Shown here: positions 21,246 to 32,940 of the stretch, piece after piece
How the letters are laid out: each line of letters opens with the position of its first letter
How positions within the stretch are numbered: the stretch's first letter is position 1
Position numbers and translations under genes: made by a program
Origin: Prasinococcaceae sp. CCMP 1430
Lineage: Eukaryota > Plantae > Prasinodermophyta
DNA: 47,444 nt
Direction: 5' to 3'
Assembly: GCA_013416795.1 (NCBI GenBank)
Contig: RQSC01000020.1
Location: forward strand, 94,077-141,520
The notes under the pieces: model-generated
Databases searched by the model: none
Told to the model about the DNA's origin: nothing
The model's input: the letters and a program-made list of their open reading frames with translations, nothing else

Positions 21246-23476
21246 GACGCCGCTCAAGTCGCCCGCGCCGGGCGTGCGCGGCGGCGCCCGCGGAGTGCTC
21301 AGTCCCAACAACGATGCTGCTGAGCGCAAGCGCGCCGCGGCCAAGCGCGCCGCCGTGCCAGGCCCCGCGGCGAAGCCCACCGCCAAGGCCGCCGCGCACC
21401 GCGGCGCACAGCTCGGCGGGGAAGGCATCGTGCAGCTCTACTCAAACTGCATCCGCCTCGCCAGCGAGAACAAGGTGCGCTCGCGCGTGCTCGAGATGCA
21501 CGAGCGTGTGCGCGCGCAGCTGCTTCCTTGCAGCCGCCGGGCGCGTGCCATGCCGCCCGCAGCGCGCGAGCGCCCGCCGCGTCGCCCCAGCCACTGACGG
21601 CAGAGAGCGCCCGCGCTGCCCACGCGCCCACGCCGTACAGATCAACGCCAAGAACACTTGGGCGCTCGAACTCATCGACCATATCTCCGACATCATTAAG
21701 CTCGAGAAGGAAGAAGATGATGGCACCAACTTTCAGAAGGCCGGCTGCACGCTCGATGCAGGCGTGAAGATCTACTCGACGCGCGTTGACTCCGTCCACA
21801 ACGAAGCATTCCGCATCTTGGGTGGGCTCAGCCGCGCGCAGCTCGAGCAAGAGGCAGAGGGCGAGGACGAGGGCGAGGAGGGTGCTGAGGACGGCGAGGG
21901 CGGGGCCAAAAAGCGCCGTGTCAAGAAGGGCAACACCGACATGAATGCCACCCTCGAACCCAACTTCGACGCGCTCAACAGCAAGTCTGACGAGGTGTAC
22001 ACGGCGGTCGACCCGCTTTTCAAGCAGATGTCCGCAAAGTTCGATCAGGGCGGCGCAAAGGGCCTGCTGCTGAACAACCTCTCTGTGTATGGTGGCTGCG
22101 AGATCGTCTTCGACTCCGCCGAAGCACCGGCTGCTAAAGGCCGTCGCGCGGTCGACACCCCCGCGGCCACCATCGACCTCAGCGCGTGCGCCGAGCAGAT
22201 GCAGGTGGCACTTGCGGCCATGCGGGGCGCGCAGCTCACGCCGGGCCTCGCTGAGTTGCGCGCGCTCGGCAAGGGTGAGAGCGACGACGCGGATGGCGCC
22301 CACGAGGCTGCTCAGATTCCGCTGCCGCTGCCGGCTTCCACCGGCATGTGGGAAAGCGCGGCCGCGGACGACGCCGATGACGACATGGACGGCGGCGGCT
22401 TCGATTTCGGCGAGGACTTTGGCAGCGGCGGCATGGACGACGACGACGGCGAGGAGGGATCCTTCGGCCAGGCCGCTGGCGGCACTGGCCGCAGCCACGT
22501 CGGCGCTCTTGGCTCTGCGGGCCTGTCAGATTTGACCATGGGCGACAACCCCATGCAGTGGCTGACCATGTCTTACGCTCAGCTGCAGTCCGGCTCGAAG
22601 GGTGCGTGGGCGGGCCCCGAGCATTGGAGGCCTGCCGCGCGCACTGCGGCGGACCGCGCCGCCGCGCGCGACGGCGAGGACGAGGGCGTGGCAGAGGCAC
22701 GCAAGGCGGAGACTGAGCGCAGGCGCGGCGCCAAGAAGGCTGCGATGGAGAAGACGCTCGATTTTGAGGATCCGCCTGCGATCGACCTATCGCTTTTCGA
22801 TGCTGCCAAGCCTGAGGACATTGACTTGAAGACAGGCGCGGCTGAGGCGTCCACCGTGCTGCCTGACGACATGCACTACAAGCCGGAATCCCTCGCATGC
22901 CTCTTCATGCACCGCGGCACCGCGCGAATCAGCGCGCAGGCCCGGGCAGGCACCACTAGTGACGGCGAGGCCAGCGGCGCCTTCGGCTGGGCGGCGAGTG
23001 GCGACGGCGGCGGCGTCGTCGCCGATTCGGACGATGAGGGCGGGGCGGGTGGCTATGAGTGGGGAGGCGACGACGGTTGTGATGACGACGATACGGGCGA
23101 CTTCGGTGACGGTGGAGCTGACTTCGCCGCCGGGCCGATGGACAGTACTGCCGCAGCTCTCGACGCGCCGCGCATGGTGAACAAGGTTCAGGTCACGTAC
23201 TCCAAGTACGCCAAACAGGTTGACGTGCGCAAGCTCAAGAGCGCGTGCTGGGGGGGCCTGGGTGACATCATCCCTGAGGATGGCAGCAAGGGCATGGACA
23301 CAGGATTCCAGGAGGTGCTCGACCGCGTGCCTGCGCGCATGCCGGAGGGGGCCATGCCGGAGGTGAGCATCCACCTGGCCTTCATCTGCGCTTTGCATCT
23401 CGCGAACGAGCACGAGCTGAAGATCACGGATGACAAGGAGAGCCTGGACGTTCTGCATATCAGCCGAGACGGCTGA
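21246..23476 (+). CDS. NCAPH: Condensin I kleisin subunit (CAP-H/barren); intron 21475-21640; start in the N gap
   Basis: NNDAAER, LYSNCIRLASENK|INAKNTWALELID, NFQKAGCTLDAGVKIYSTRVDSVH, WAGPEHW, YSKYAKQVDVRKLK and FICALHLANEHEL. Phase-0 GT-AG intron. Confidence 0.96.
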
Positions 23477-23801
23477 GCGGGGCGGTGTCTGAGAATCATC
23501 GAGTACTTGGAGCAGACAGGCGCAGGTTGTCGCCGGGGCTTGTGACGGAGCTGCGCGCGGGAGAGGGAGGTGGCGCGCGCCCGTCATGTAAACTCGGCGC
23601 ACGCGCATTAGCACACATACGGTGTCCACACAACACGAGGGCGCAGCAGCGCCCGAGGAGGGTCGGGTCGGGGGCTGGAGTGGAGATGGCTCCCCGTGCA
23701 AGGGTGTGCTGCTCAAGGACAGTGCGAGGCATGACGGCCGGCATTCATTATCTACGCGCACCGAAGCCGCCGCTGCCCTCGCCCTAGCGCGCTCGCGCGC
23801 G

Positions 23802-24644
23802 CTATCTCGCGGCTCGCTGCCCGCCCCTGCCGCTAGCAGCGGCCTTTGCGTGACCCGCGGACGATGACGAGGCCGCGTTTCGCACGATGAGCGAGAACGC
23901 CTGTACGTACTGGATGCACAGGTGCTCGTACGAGTACGTCGGCGGCAGCTTGTACGACCCGTGATGCGGCTGCACGGCTAGCAGCTTGCCCGCCAGCCCC
24001 GTGCCAGGTGCGTTGATCACCTGTCGAAGCGTGTCGCTGTACTCCGAGAGGACGGCCGCGGCGCTGGCGACAGTGGCGAGTGGCTCGTACACAAGCTCAA
24101 TCACGACACCTGACGCCTCCTCGCGATCGTTGAGCCAGGCCTCGAGCACTCGCACTGTGAAGTCGCCCGCGGTGTGAACGGTGCCGTCGAATCGCGCCCG
24201 TAGCTTCTTGGCAAACACATCCCCTCCCTCGACAACCGTTTGCAGCGACGCGTCCACGCGCGTCACGATGGCCTCCGATCGCAGCAGCAGCAACAGCGAC
24301 TCGGGAAACTCCCAGGACCGCACCGTGCAAAGCTCGCGCCCGCGTTGCTGCTGCTGGCCGTGCGCCTGCTGCTGCGCGCCACCAGCGCTCCCCAGCATGG
24401 TCACCGCCGTGCTCGCCTTTCCGCCGGCTCTCGCGGCCGGGACCTCAACCGCGACGGTCGACACGGCCGCTCGCAGCATCTTGGCCGTCTGCGACACTGG
24501 CCGCGCGCCCTCGGCCGCATCGCACCACAGCAGCAGGAGCTTGACGCCAGAGGGCACAGCGGCGGCTTGGGGTCCAGCCCCTGCCGCCCCCCCGGCCGCC
24601 GCCCCCGCCGCCGCCGCCGCCGCCGCCGCGGGAGCAGCAGCCAT
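23802..24644 (-). CDS. MED20: Mediator subunit 20
   Basis: VKLLLLW...FDGTVHTAGDFTVRV...GVVIELVYEPL...YSYEHLCIQY parallels plant Med20a (FDGFQYQLGDFRLRV...GIVMEVEYLPI...YTPQHTAVRY) as I recall it. ATG at 24644. Confidence 0.85.
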   Translation of the reverse strand: MAAAPAAAAAAAAGAAAGGAAGAGPQAAAVPSGVKLLLLWCDAAEGARPVSQTAKMLRAAVSTVAVEVPAARAGGKASTAVTMLGSAGGAQQQAHGQQQQRGRELCTVRSWEFPESLLLLLRSEAIVTRVDASLQTVVEGGDVFAKKLRARFDGTVHTAGDFTVRVLEAWLNDREEASGVVIELVYEPLATVASAAAVLSEYSDTLRQVINAPGTGLAGKLLAVQPHHGSYKLPPTYSYEHLCIQYVQAFSLIVRNAASSSSAGHAKAAASGRGGQRAAR

Positions 24645-24848
24645 CCCCGCGGCGCTCCCCGTCGCGCGCAACGCCGCCAGGGCGACGAGATGGGGCCGCC
24701 CGCCCACCCCCTACACAACACACACAAACACACGCACTCCCTCTCCGCGAGCGNCGCTCGGCGCCGCACGAGGGGGCGCGCGGCCGGGGCGCCGCTCGCG
24801 CGTGCCTTCCCGCTGCGCGGCCTTGACCTGAGCGCGAGGACCTGACGG

Positions 24849-27800
24849 ATGCGCCCCTCTCCCTTCCGCCTCCCCCTTCCCCCGACCCACGCTCATCCAC
24901 ACCTCAACGCTGATGCGCCCGCCTGCATGTTCGCCCCGCGCCGCCGCCGCGCCCAGGCGGCGTTTGACATCCAGTCTTTCCTGAAGCAGGTCGCGGCCGG
25001 AACGCCACCGCCGGTAGACAATGGCGGGGAGTCGGGCGCGGCCGACGCGGGAGCTGGCGCCCAGGACGCGAGCGCAGGGCTGCTAGGCCTGCTTCAGGGC
25101 GGCGCTGGCGACGCCGGCGCTGGGGGCGAGTCCCCGCGCGCGGGCGAGGGCGAGGAGGACGGCGAGGCGCTAGGGTTGGATGCGAACGGCGCTGCTGTCC
25201 AGCCTGCGGGCGTTGCGCTGCCGGCGAACGCGCAGTACGACGTCGACAGCCCCCACCACGATGCGGGTGCGCCGCCTGCCCTAGAGGTGACGCCAATCGC
25301 CAAGTACGCGAGCGAGGCGCCCGAGGCGCTCGGCTCGCTCGTCGCCGGCGATGGGCGCTTCATATGCTATGGCCTCAAGGCCGGCCAGGTGCGGCTGATC
25401 GACGCGGTGACGGCCAACCGCGCGCTGATCAAGGGCCACACCAGCCCTGTGACAGATCTTGCATTCGCGGCCGCCGAGTCAGAGTCGTGCAACCGCCTCG
25501 CGAGCGTGGGCTCGGATGGCCGCCTGCTCGTGCACGAGCTGAGCGCGGGCGACGCGGCGGTCAGCGAGTCGGCTGTTGCGTGCATTGAATTCGGCGCGGT
25601 GCCCGAGGGATCGGCCACGCCGAGGGTGGCTTGGAGTCCTGCTGAGGGCGCCGACGTGCTCGCGTGTGCCACTGGCGGACGCGTTGTGCTGGTGACACTG
25701 TCCGCCCTGGGGGGAGCCGCAGCCGTGCAGTGCCCCGCCGGTGCGTTCGTCGCCGGCGTTACCGCTATCACTGGCTGTGGCGAGGTGACCGACCTCGCGT
25801 TCTCCCCTAGCGGTGACATCCTGGCGCTTGTCACGCGCGACAGGAAACTCTTCGAAGTGGACGTCGGCACTGCGGTTGCTACAGAGATCGACTTCCATCG
25901 TGAGGGCGCGCCCACGCACGGCCCGTTGTCGTTCGTTGCTTTCTACGATGAGGCGCACGTGATCGTGGGCGCCCTCGACAACACGGTCTTTGCAGTAGTG
26001 AAACGCGAAGGAGGCGAAGTCTCTTGCCGCGTGCGGCTGCTGAGCTCGGAGCAGCCGACGGGCGCCTTCTTCAACAATGCATTCCTGCTGGCCACGCCGT
26101 TCGCTGGCAGTGTGCTAGTGGTTGCAAACGCGCGCGCCGGTGCTCTCTTCGCGCTGCCTGTCACCGCCGAGGGCGAGACGGCGGTCTTCCGCTCGTTGGC
26201 CGAGTTTGCCGTGGCCGAGCCCATCGGCAGCTTCACGGCGGTAATTGCTGCGGACGCGAGTGCCTCGGCGCCGTGTGCGGAGCTGTACTGCATGAACGCG
26301 AAGGCCATCCAGCAGTATACGCTGCCGCTGGCCGCGTGCATGGCGTCGGAGGATGCCGTCGCAGATGCCCTCGACGAAAGCTTTGTACCTGCGGCGGAGG
26401 AGATCGCCGAGCCGACTGCGGCATCGTCCCCAGCGCTGGCGACGAGTGTCAATCCTACCCCGCCGCCGCCGCCGCCCGCGAGCCTACTCTCCCCGACGAA
26501 GCTCATGTCGCCCCAGGCTTTCGCCGACCCGGCTGCGCCTGCGTCGGCGCCCATGGAGGGGGCCGCACCTGCCGTGAAGCTGCTGCGCAGGCCGGCTAAC
26601 GAGGCCGCCCCCGCGGCGCCGGCCGCACCGGCTGCTGCCCCCGCGGCAGCGTCAAACGCTGCGCTTGAGAATATGTCCGAATCGCTTTCCAAGGTTGTTT
26701 TGGATGCGGAGGAACGTGTGCTTGCAGTTCTAAAGGCCACCCGCCCGACCAAGGGCGAGGGCTCGCAGATGCAGGCTGACATGCGTGCCATGGAGGATCG
26801 CGTCGTGAAGCGCGTGGGTGACATGCTGGCGTCTCGCGACGCCGAGCAGAAGCGCCGCGCGGACCGAACGCAGGAGGGAATCAAGGCGCTCACCGGGGCG
26901 CTGAGTGCGCTCCCGGACGCCATCGCTGGGCGCGTGGAGCAGTCGCTGCGCCAGGAGCTGGCCGGCTTCGGCAAAGCGCTAGTGCCCGCGATGACGTCGA
27001 CTATGGCGTCCACCGTGCAGACCGCGACTGCTAGCGCGGTCGGCGAAGCGGCCAGCACGTCGGCGGGCGCGGCCGAGGCCGCGGCGGCGCGCGGCGCGGC
27101 GGCGGCGGTGGCGAAGGACCTGCCTAAGGCCGCGGCTGGTGCGGTGGCGGAAGCCTTCCGTGGGAGCTTTCAGGCGATGCTCTTGCCGGCGATCGACGCG
27201 GGCTTGCGGCAGATGATGGAGCAAGTGGGGTCTGGCATCGATCGCGGCGTTGCAGCGGCGGCGGCGAGCGCCGCGCCTGCGGCAGCGGCTGTGTCGCGCC
27301 TTGAGGCGGCTGCAGATGCTCTGCAGGCCAGTGCATCCGCGGCGGCGGCAGCGGCGGCGTCCGTGCCGCCGGCTGTGTCCCCGAGTGCCGAGAGTGCGCT
27401 GGCGGGGAAGCCCGGAGGTGCTGTGAGCCTCGCGTCGCTCGAGCAGTCGCTCGACCCGAGCATCGAGCTTCGCGGCTTCCTCGAGCGCTCGGACTTCGAG
27501 GGGGCCTTCAACCGCGCGCTCTCGCTCTCGGACGTGGACACGGTGGCATGGCTGTGCACGCAGGTCGCGCCGTCCGGCGTGGCCTCGCGGCTGAGCCAGG
27601 GCGTTCTGCTTTCGCTGACACAGCAGCTCGGGTACAACCTTGAGAAGCACACATCGACCAAGCTCGAGTGGCTGCAGGAGGTTGTGATGGCGCTTGACAC
27701 GCGCTCGCCCACGGTGGTGCCGCACCTGGGCCCAGTGCTGTCGGGACTGTACGGGCAGCTGACCACATTCCAGAGGTCGGGGGAGTGCCCGCCGTCAGCG

Positions 27801-27851
27801 CTGAGCAAGCTGACCCTGGTGGCGCACGTGGTCAACTCGCTGAAAAACTAG
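24849..27851 (+). CDS. VCS: VARICOSE / EDC4 (Ge-1) mRNA-decapping scaffold; exact start uncertain (possible acceptor CCCAG near 24957)
   Basis: N-terminal WD40 (FICYGLKAGQVRLI...LIKGHTSPVTDLAF), central coiled coil, and C-terminal LDPSIEL...FEGAFNRALSLSDVDTVAWLC...LSQGVLLSLTQQL. Confidence 0.93.
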   Translation: MRPSPFRLPLPPTHAHPHLNADAPACMFAPRRRRAQAAFDIQSFLKQVAAGTPPPVDNGGESGAADAGAGAQDASAGLLGLLQGGAGDAGAGGESPRAGEGEEDGEALGLDANGAAVQPAGVALPANAQYDVDSPHHDAGAPPALEVTPIAKYASEAPEALGSLVAGDGRFICYGLKAGQVRLIDAVTANRALIKGHTSPVTDLAFAAAESESCNRLASVGSDGRLLVHELSAGDAAVSESAVACIEFGAVPEGSATPRVAWSPAEGADVLACATGGRVVLVTLSALGGAAAVQCPAGAFVAGVTAITGCGEVTDLAFSPSGDILALVTRDRKLFEVDVGTAVATEIDFHREGAPTHGPLSFVAFYDEAHVIVGALDNTVFAVVKREGGEVSCRVRLLSSEQPTGAFFNNAFLLATPFAGSVLVVANARAGALFALPVTAEGETAVFRSLAEFAVAEPIGSFTAVIAADASASAPCAELYCMNAKAIQQYTLPLAACMASEDAVADALDESFVPAAEEIAEPTAASSPALATSVNPTPPPPPPASLLSPTKLMSPQAFADPAAPASAPMEGAAPAVKLLRRPANEAAPAAPAAPAAAPAAASNAALENMSESLSKVVLDAEERVLAVLKATRPTKGEGSQMQADMRAMEDRVVKRVGDMLASRDAEQKRRADRTQEGIKALTGALSALPDAIAGRVEQSLRQELAGFGKALVPAMTSTMASTVQTATASAVGEAASTSAGAAEAAAARGAAAAVAKDLPKAAAGAVAEAFRGSFQAMLLPAIDAGLRQMMEQVGSGIDRGVAAAAASAAPAAAAVSRLEAAADALQASASAAAAAAASVPPAVSPSAESALAGKPGGAVSLASLEQSLDPSIELRGFLERSDFEGAFNRALSLSDVDTVAWLCTQVAPSGVASRLSQGVLLSLTQQLGYNLEKHTSTKLEWLQEVVMALDTRSPTVVPHLGPVLSGLYGQLTTFQRSGECPPSALSKLTLVAHVVNSLKN

Positions 27852-28062
27852 AACTCACTAGCTAGAGAGAGGGCCCGAGGCGATGGAGCCAACTGGTGGG
27901 GTGCAAGTTGCCCCTCCCGGCGCGCCGCCATGCTCCACTTCATTTCTGTGTGTGCTGCCATGTTGAGATTTGAGGTATGATTACATGGTGAGTGTGCTGT
28001 CCACATGGGTGCGCGCGCAGCGCCACGCGGCGCGCGCTGCGCCGCGTGTTGCGCTGCGGCTG

Positions 28063-28851
28063 CTACCTGAAGCGCAGGCCGCCCCCCGTGCCGATCAGCG
28101 ATGACTTCAGCGAGTTTGAGCTCGCCCACGAGCTGTTGGTGAAGTCGTCGTCGGTGTCGGCCAGGAGCGCCTCCTGCTCCTGCTTCTTTTTGTGGTAGAA
28201 TGCCATCATAGCCTTCTGTGTCTCTGCATCCACCGCAGGCTCCTTGGCGGGCGCGTGGCCGCCCTTCTTGACGAGCTTCACCACCACCTTGGTCTTCTCG
28301 TTCTTGCCGGTGTGCACCGACAGCGGGTTGGAGCGCACCATGGGCTTGCTCGCGAAGAACATCTGCACCGTGTCGGGATCGTGCACGACTTTCGACGCGG
28401 CCGTGCCGGCGAGCTCCTCCGTGCCCTCGAGCATGTCCTTGACGGGGTCCCAGGGCGGCAGGCCCATCGGATAGCAAATCATCACCGCGCCCGCAACGGT
28501 CTGTATGGCGTCCTCGAGCTCCTTGAGGGTCATGGTCTGCCGCTGCTCCGCCTTCTTCGCAGACGCCGCGGCCTCGGCCTCCTTCGCCGCATTGAGCAGC
28601 ACCTGCGCCATGTTCTCCTCCGGGGCCTCGCCGGTGCGCTTGCCCAGCGGGTCTGGGCAGTACGTGGGCCCGCGCTCCTTCTTCTCGTCGCTCAAGCTGA
28701 TGCCAGCGACCTCCTCGTCGAGGCCATGCTCCTCCTGGGGCTTGGACGGGCCGTGCTTGGCAAGTTCTTCGACCTCGGCGCGCAGGCGCTGCACGCGCAG
28801 ACGCGTGTTGTGGATCGCCACAACGTCGCGGATGGCCTCGTCGACCTTAGT
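28063..28851 (-). CDS. CFAP298: Cilia- and flagella-associated protein 298 (C21orf59/FBB18), last exon; first exon upstream, probably in the N gap
   Basis: HGPSKP, YCPDPLGKRTGEAP, AVMICYPMGLPPWDPV, GKNEKTKVVVKL...APAKEPAVDAETQKAMMAFYHKKKQE, SWASSNSLK. Acceptor GCAG at 28852. Confidence 0.95.
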   Translation of the reverse strand, partial: TKVDEAIRDVVAIHNTRLRVQRLRAEVEELAKHGPSKPQEEHGLDEEVAGISLSDEKKERGPTYCPDPLGKRTGEAPEENMAQVLLNAAKEAEAAASAKKAEQRQTMTLKELEDAIQTVAGAVMICYPMGLPPWDPVKDMLEGTEELAGTAASKVVHDPDTVQMFFASKPMVRSNPLSVHTGKNEKTKVVVKLVKKGGHAPAKEPAVDAETQKAMMAFYHKKKQEQEALLADTDDDFTNSSWASSNSLKSSLIGTGGGLRFR

Positions 28852-29454
28852 CTGCGGGGCGGGGGACGGACGGCGGCGGCGGTGGCGGCGGCAGGGCGGG
28901 CGTACCGAGAGGCGGGCAGGTCCGGCGACCGCGCGTCAGCCGCGCTCGCAGACCGCGCGGGCGACCACGCAGGCGCACCCGCAACCCCCTCTCCCGCGCC
29001 GCCAGCCCGCCGATCGNNNNNNNNNNNNNNNNNNNNNNNNNNNNNNNNNNNNNNNNNNNNNNNNNNNNNNNNNNNNNNNNNNNNNNNNNNNNNNNNNNNN
29101 NNNNNNNNNNNNNNNNNNNNNNNNNNNNNNNNNNNNNNNNNNNNNNNNNNNNNNNNNNNNNNNNNNNNNNNNNNNNNNNNNNNNNNNNNNNNNNNNNNNN
29201 NNNNNNNNNNNNNNNNNNNNNNNNNNNNNNNNNNNNNNNNNNNNNNNNNNNNNNNNNNNNNNNNNNNNNNNNNNNNNNNNNNNNNNNNNNNNNNNNNNNN
29301 NNNNNNNNNNNNNNNNNNNNNNNNNNNNNNNNNNNNNNNNNNNNNNNNNNNNNNNNNNNNNNNNNNNNNNNNNNNNNNNNNNNNNNNNNNNNNNNNNNNN
29401 NNNNNNNNNNNNNNNNNNNNNNNNNNNNNNNNNNNNNNNACACTGAAGCTGTAG

Positions 29455-31024
29455 ACTACTAGACTGGGCCAGCGGCGGGGGAAGCACGCGCGGCCGCGCA
29501 GCGGCGCCGCTGCGCTGCTTCTCCGCAGGCGGCGACGGAGGCTGCGAGGACAATGGGGGCGAGGCCGCGCGTGAGGAGGGCGCCCAGGCGCGGCGAGCCG
29601 AGGACGGCTTCGACACGTACCTCAGCCCGATTCCTACCAACGAGGACGCCGAAGAACGCCTCGCACGCGTGATGCGTGAGGAGCTCGGCGAGCACTGGGA
29701 GGCATTCAGCCAGGAGCGGAGAGACGAGGCCGTTGTGAGCGGTGCGGATGGCACTCTCTGGCGGCGCGACCTGGACGGCGTATGGCTATACTGGCCGCCT
29801 GAGGGGAAGAATGCGGGGAAGTGGAATAGCACACTGGTGCAGTTGCCCGTCTTTCCCGCGCATCGCACGGGCCCCGCCGAAGTCGACGCCATCCCCAACC
29901 CTGCCATCGCGATGCAGATCGGCCCAGACCGCACGGTCGAGTACGAGCTGCCCGAGACCCCAGGCGTGTGGACACAGATCGGGAAGGCGGACTTCGAGAC
30001 TGTCGCTGCCGCGGAGGACAAGCGCGCGGCCCTCGACGAGGCGCGCGTGCTCGGCCGGTACGACGGGCGCGCCGCGGGTGAGGGCGGCCGCGCGCTCGAC
30101 CCAGTCGCCGTCGCTCGCAGGCGCGAGGCGCAGGCCGCGCAGGCCTCTGGCGGCGCGCTCGGCCACGACGCCGACGTGGATGACGACGTCCAGGCCGACG
30201 CTCGGAGCGAGGAGGATATTACGTTGCTCAAAGTGATGGAGAAGGAGGCGGACGAGGAGGCGCGCCGCCGCGACGTGCATGGCGGGCGCGGTAGCCGCTT
30301 CGGCCAAGCCGAGGACCGCAGCAAGGACCCCGGCGACGAGGTCCGGTGGCAGTCTGCGCAGCTCAGCGTGTCCGTCTCGCAGAAACCCGCTGGCGCCAAG
30401 ACTATCAATACCATCCAGCCGGTGGTGGTGGTAGGCAACGGCAAGGGCCTCGTCGGCTTCGGCCTCGGCGGCGCCGAGGACCCTGGAGACGCCAACGAGA
30501 ATGCTCAGCGCATCGCCAAGCGCAACGTGGTGTACATCGACCGCCGTGAGGAGCGCACTCTGTGGGAGGAAGCCAAGGTGAAGTACAAGCGCTCGCACGT
30601 GCATGTGTGGCCGCTACCGCGAGGGGCGGGACTGCGCTGCGCGCCCGTCGTGCAGAAGATCGCCGAGCTCGTTGGCATCAAGGACATGGGTGCGAAGCTG
30701 CGGGGCTCGATGAACCACAAGACGCTCGTGCCGGCGATCCTCAAGGCCCTCGCCACCCCGCGCTCGCCGCAGGAGATGATGCAGGAACGCGGCCTGCCGA
30801 TTGCCTCGCTGCAGGAGCGCTCGCAGCGCAGGCTCCAGCGCCAGCTCTCGACGCGCCCTGTCTTCAAGAAACGCGTCGAGACGTACTCGGAGAACATGCG
30901 CATCCGTCTCGCGGCGGCGCTCGGCGTCGCACCCGATGCTGTGCCGGGCAAGTCGGCTGTCGAGCGCGCTGCCGACAGCGTCAAGTTCATGGAGGAAACC
31001 AAGAGCAAGGCGCAGCGCGACTGA
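29455..31024 (+). CDS. Ribosomal protein uS5 family, probably mitochondrial, with a long N-terminal extension; first exon in the N gap
   Basis: C-terminal S5 domains (VVVGNGKGLVGFGLG, PLPRGAGLRC, ELVGIKDMGAKLRGS). Frame stays open back to an acceptor CTGTAG at 29454, with an in-frame TGA at 29444. LRCF|S resembles a mitochondrial presequence cleavage site. Confidence 0.8.
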
Positions 31025-31646
31025 GCGACGAGCACGCCCGGAGGTGCGTGGCTGCGTGCTTTGCTTTTGTGATCCCGGTGCCACTCGGCGTGGTGTGTGG
31101 CGTCGTGCGCGCGCCGCCCCGCAAAGACGCTGCGTTATCTCCAGCCCCCGCCGTCTTGTTCACGTGGCGTGACGGGGTCCAAACAGGAAAACTATGTTTT
31201 GCAGCGGAGAACGAATGAGGCCTATACCTATTGCCGGGCGCGCTCTCAGTGCGTGCTTGTCGGCAAGAATGGTCTCTCACAGCACGCCCTCTCGCGCACC
31301 GCGAGAGCTCGCCGTGGGACCGCAGCTGACCCGCGCGCACGCCTGCGCGCAGTGCACGCATGGCCCACAGGCGAGCGGCCCGGCTGCCACGTCCACGGCC
31401 CTGCAGTTCGCTCAGCGCTCTTCAATTTTTTGTGTGTGGGAATGATAATCATTGGACCGACAAGCGTTGTGTCTGCGAGCGATGCTGTCACACAGCAGCT
31501 GTCCCTCGAGCGCTGCTCGCACGGAGCGCGTCTGACGCGCCTGTGCGGTTGAGGGGCGCGCCGCGTGCGCACGCCCAGAGCCAGCGCCGGCGGACAAAAA
31601 GAACAAATAGCTCACAAAATTGGGCGCGTCGTCCGCAGCGGGCGCC

Positions 31647-32431
31647 TTACTTGGAGCGCGGATCGATGGGCAGCCCCTTGCGCATCACGGAGAAGCGGTC
31701 CGCATACGCCTTCGGCTTCCTCCCCGTGACCATCTGCTTGGGCTCGGTGACCTCCGCCTGCCAGCCGTGCTTCGCGGCGAAGCGCAGCGCGGCCTCCTTC
31801 GAGGTGAAGTTCAGCGCCGTCTGACCCGTGCCCGACAATGTGTCACCGCTCGACGCCCAGCCCATAAGCGGGTTGTCCCATTTCTTTGTGCTCTCGAACT
31901 CGATCTTCCAGTTGCCTACCAGCGCGCGCCCCTGCTGGCTCGCGGTGCGCGCAGGCGAGTACACGTACACCTGCAATGTGCGGCACAACGCCGGAGATGG
32001 AAGCGCGGGCGCCCCGTCAGCGGCCGCGCATGCGAGTCGCCACGGCACCGTTTTCGCCGCGCAGGCAGGCGGCGCACGAGCGCGCGCGGCGCAGAATAAG
32101 GGTTCGCGCGGTTGGTGCACGCACGGCCGGGTGCAAACGCTGCCCCGCAGCGTGTGCGCACACCACAGGGACGGCTCGAGCGCACGCAAAGGCGCGCCTC
32201 GCGCGATCATGCTAAGTCCCCCCCCCCCCCCTCTCCCCCTTCGCACACCGCGCGGCAGGGACGTGCGCCCGCAACTCACCTTGCGCTTGAGCTCCTTCTC
32301 GGGCACGCCGAGCACGCTCGAGAGCGCGGCCGCGTCGCCCTTGGCGTCGGCGGCGAGCGCGCGCGCCGGCTGCGGCGCGACTGCGGCGCGCGCGCGGCGC
32401 GCGCGAGCGCGGCGCCGGCACGGCGCAGCAT
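31647..32431 (-). CDS. NDUFS4: Complex I 18-kDa subunit NDUFS4, 2 exons (32280-32431; 31647-31970)
   Basis: KRK|VYVYSPARTASQQG...WKIEFE...KWDNPLMGWASSGD...LNFTSKEAALRFAAKHGW...KAYADRF. Intron 31971-32279 GTGAGT...TGCAG. The ATG at 32431 is 2 nt out of frame across a (CG)n tract. Confidence 0.95.
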
Positions 32432-32940
32432 GGCGACTGGGAATGAGAAGCGGAGGAGGCCGCCTCCTCCGCGGCGCGGGCGCGCAGTGTCGCACGCGCC
32501 CGCGCCCTACCGCACCAGCCGCCCACCTCAACAGCCAGCTGGAGGGGGGGGGAAATCGCGCGGCGATTTTTTTATTTTGATTTTCAAGAGAATATCTCCA
32601 ACCAAATCTAAATCGTGAGCGTTCTGATGACCGCAGGAGGAGGCAAAAACCGCGTCCCGGATTTCTCGCGCGGCCAACATTTTCGAACCCGCTTTGAGCG
32701 TGAGGGTTCGCTGGTTTACCCGGGTATTTCGAGGCTCGTCGTGCTCTGACCGTGTTCATGGATACGCGCCCAGGTAGTGAGACCACCCCGTGCACGCGCG
32801 CTGCGGCGGCGGCGGCTGCTGTGCTCGCCACAAGAGCGCACGTCGGCGCCCCGCGAGGAGGGGGCGGGGGTTAAGGGGGGTCCCCGGGTCGGGGCTGCGG
32901 ACCCCTCGCCTTCGCTGCACCGCGCTGCGCTACGCGCGGG

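Noticed and set aside
32620-32750. Possible C/D snoRNA (TGATGA about 32625, CTGA about 32746) and a 7-bp hairpin CGAACCC/GGGTTCG (32684-32710)
   Set aside because: No terminal stem or recognisable rRNA guide; a 7-bp stem is within chance in promoter DNA.
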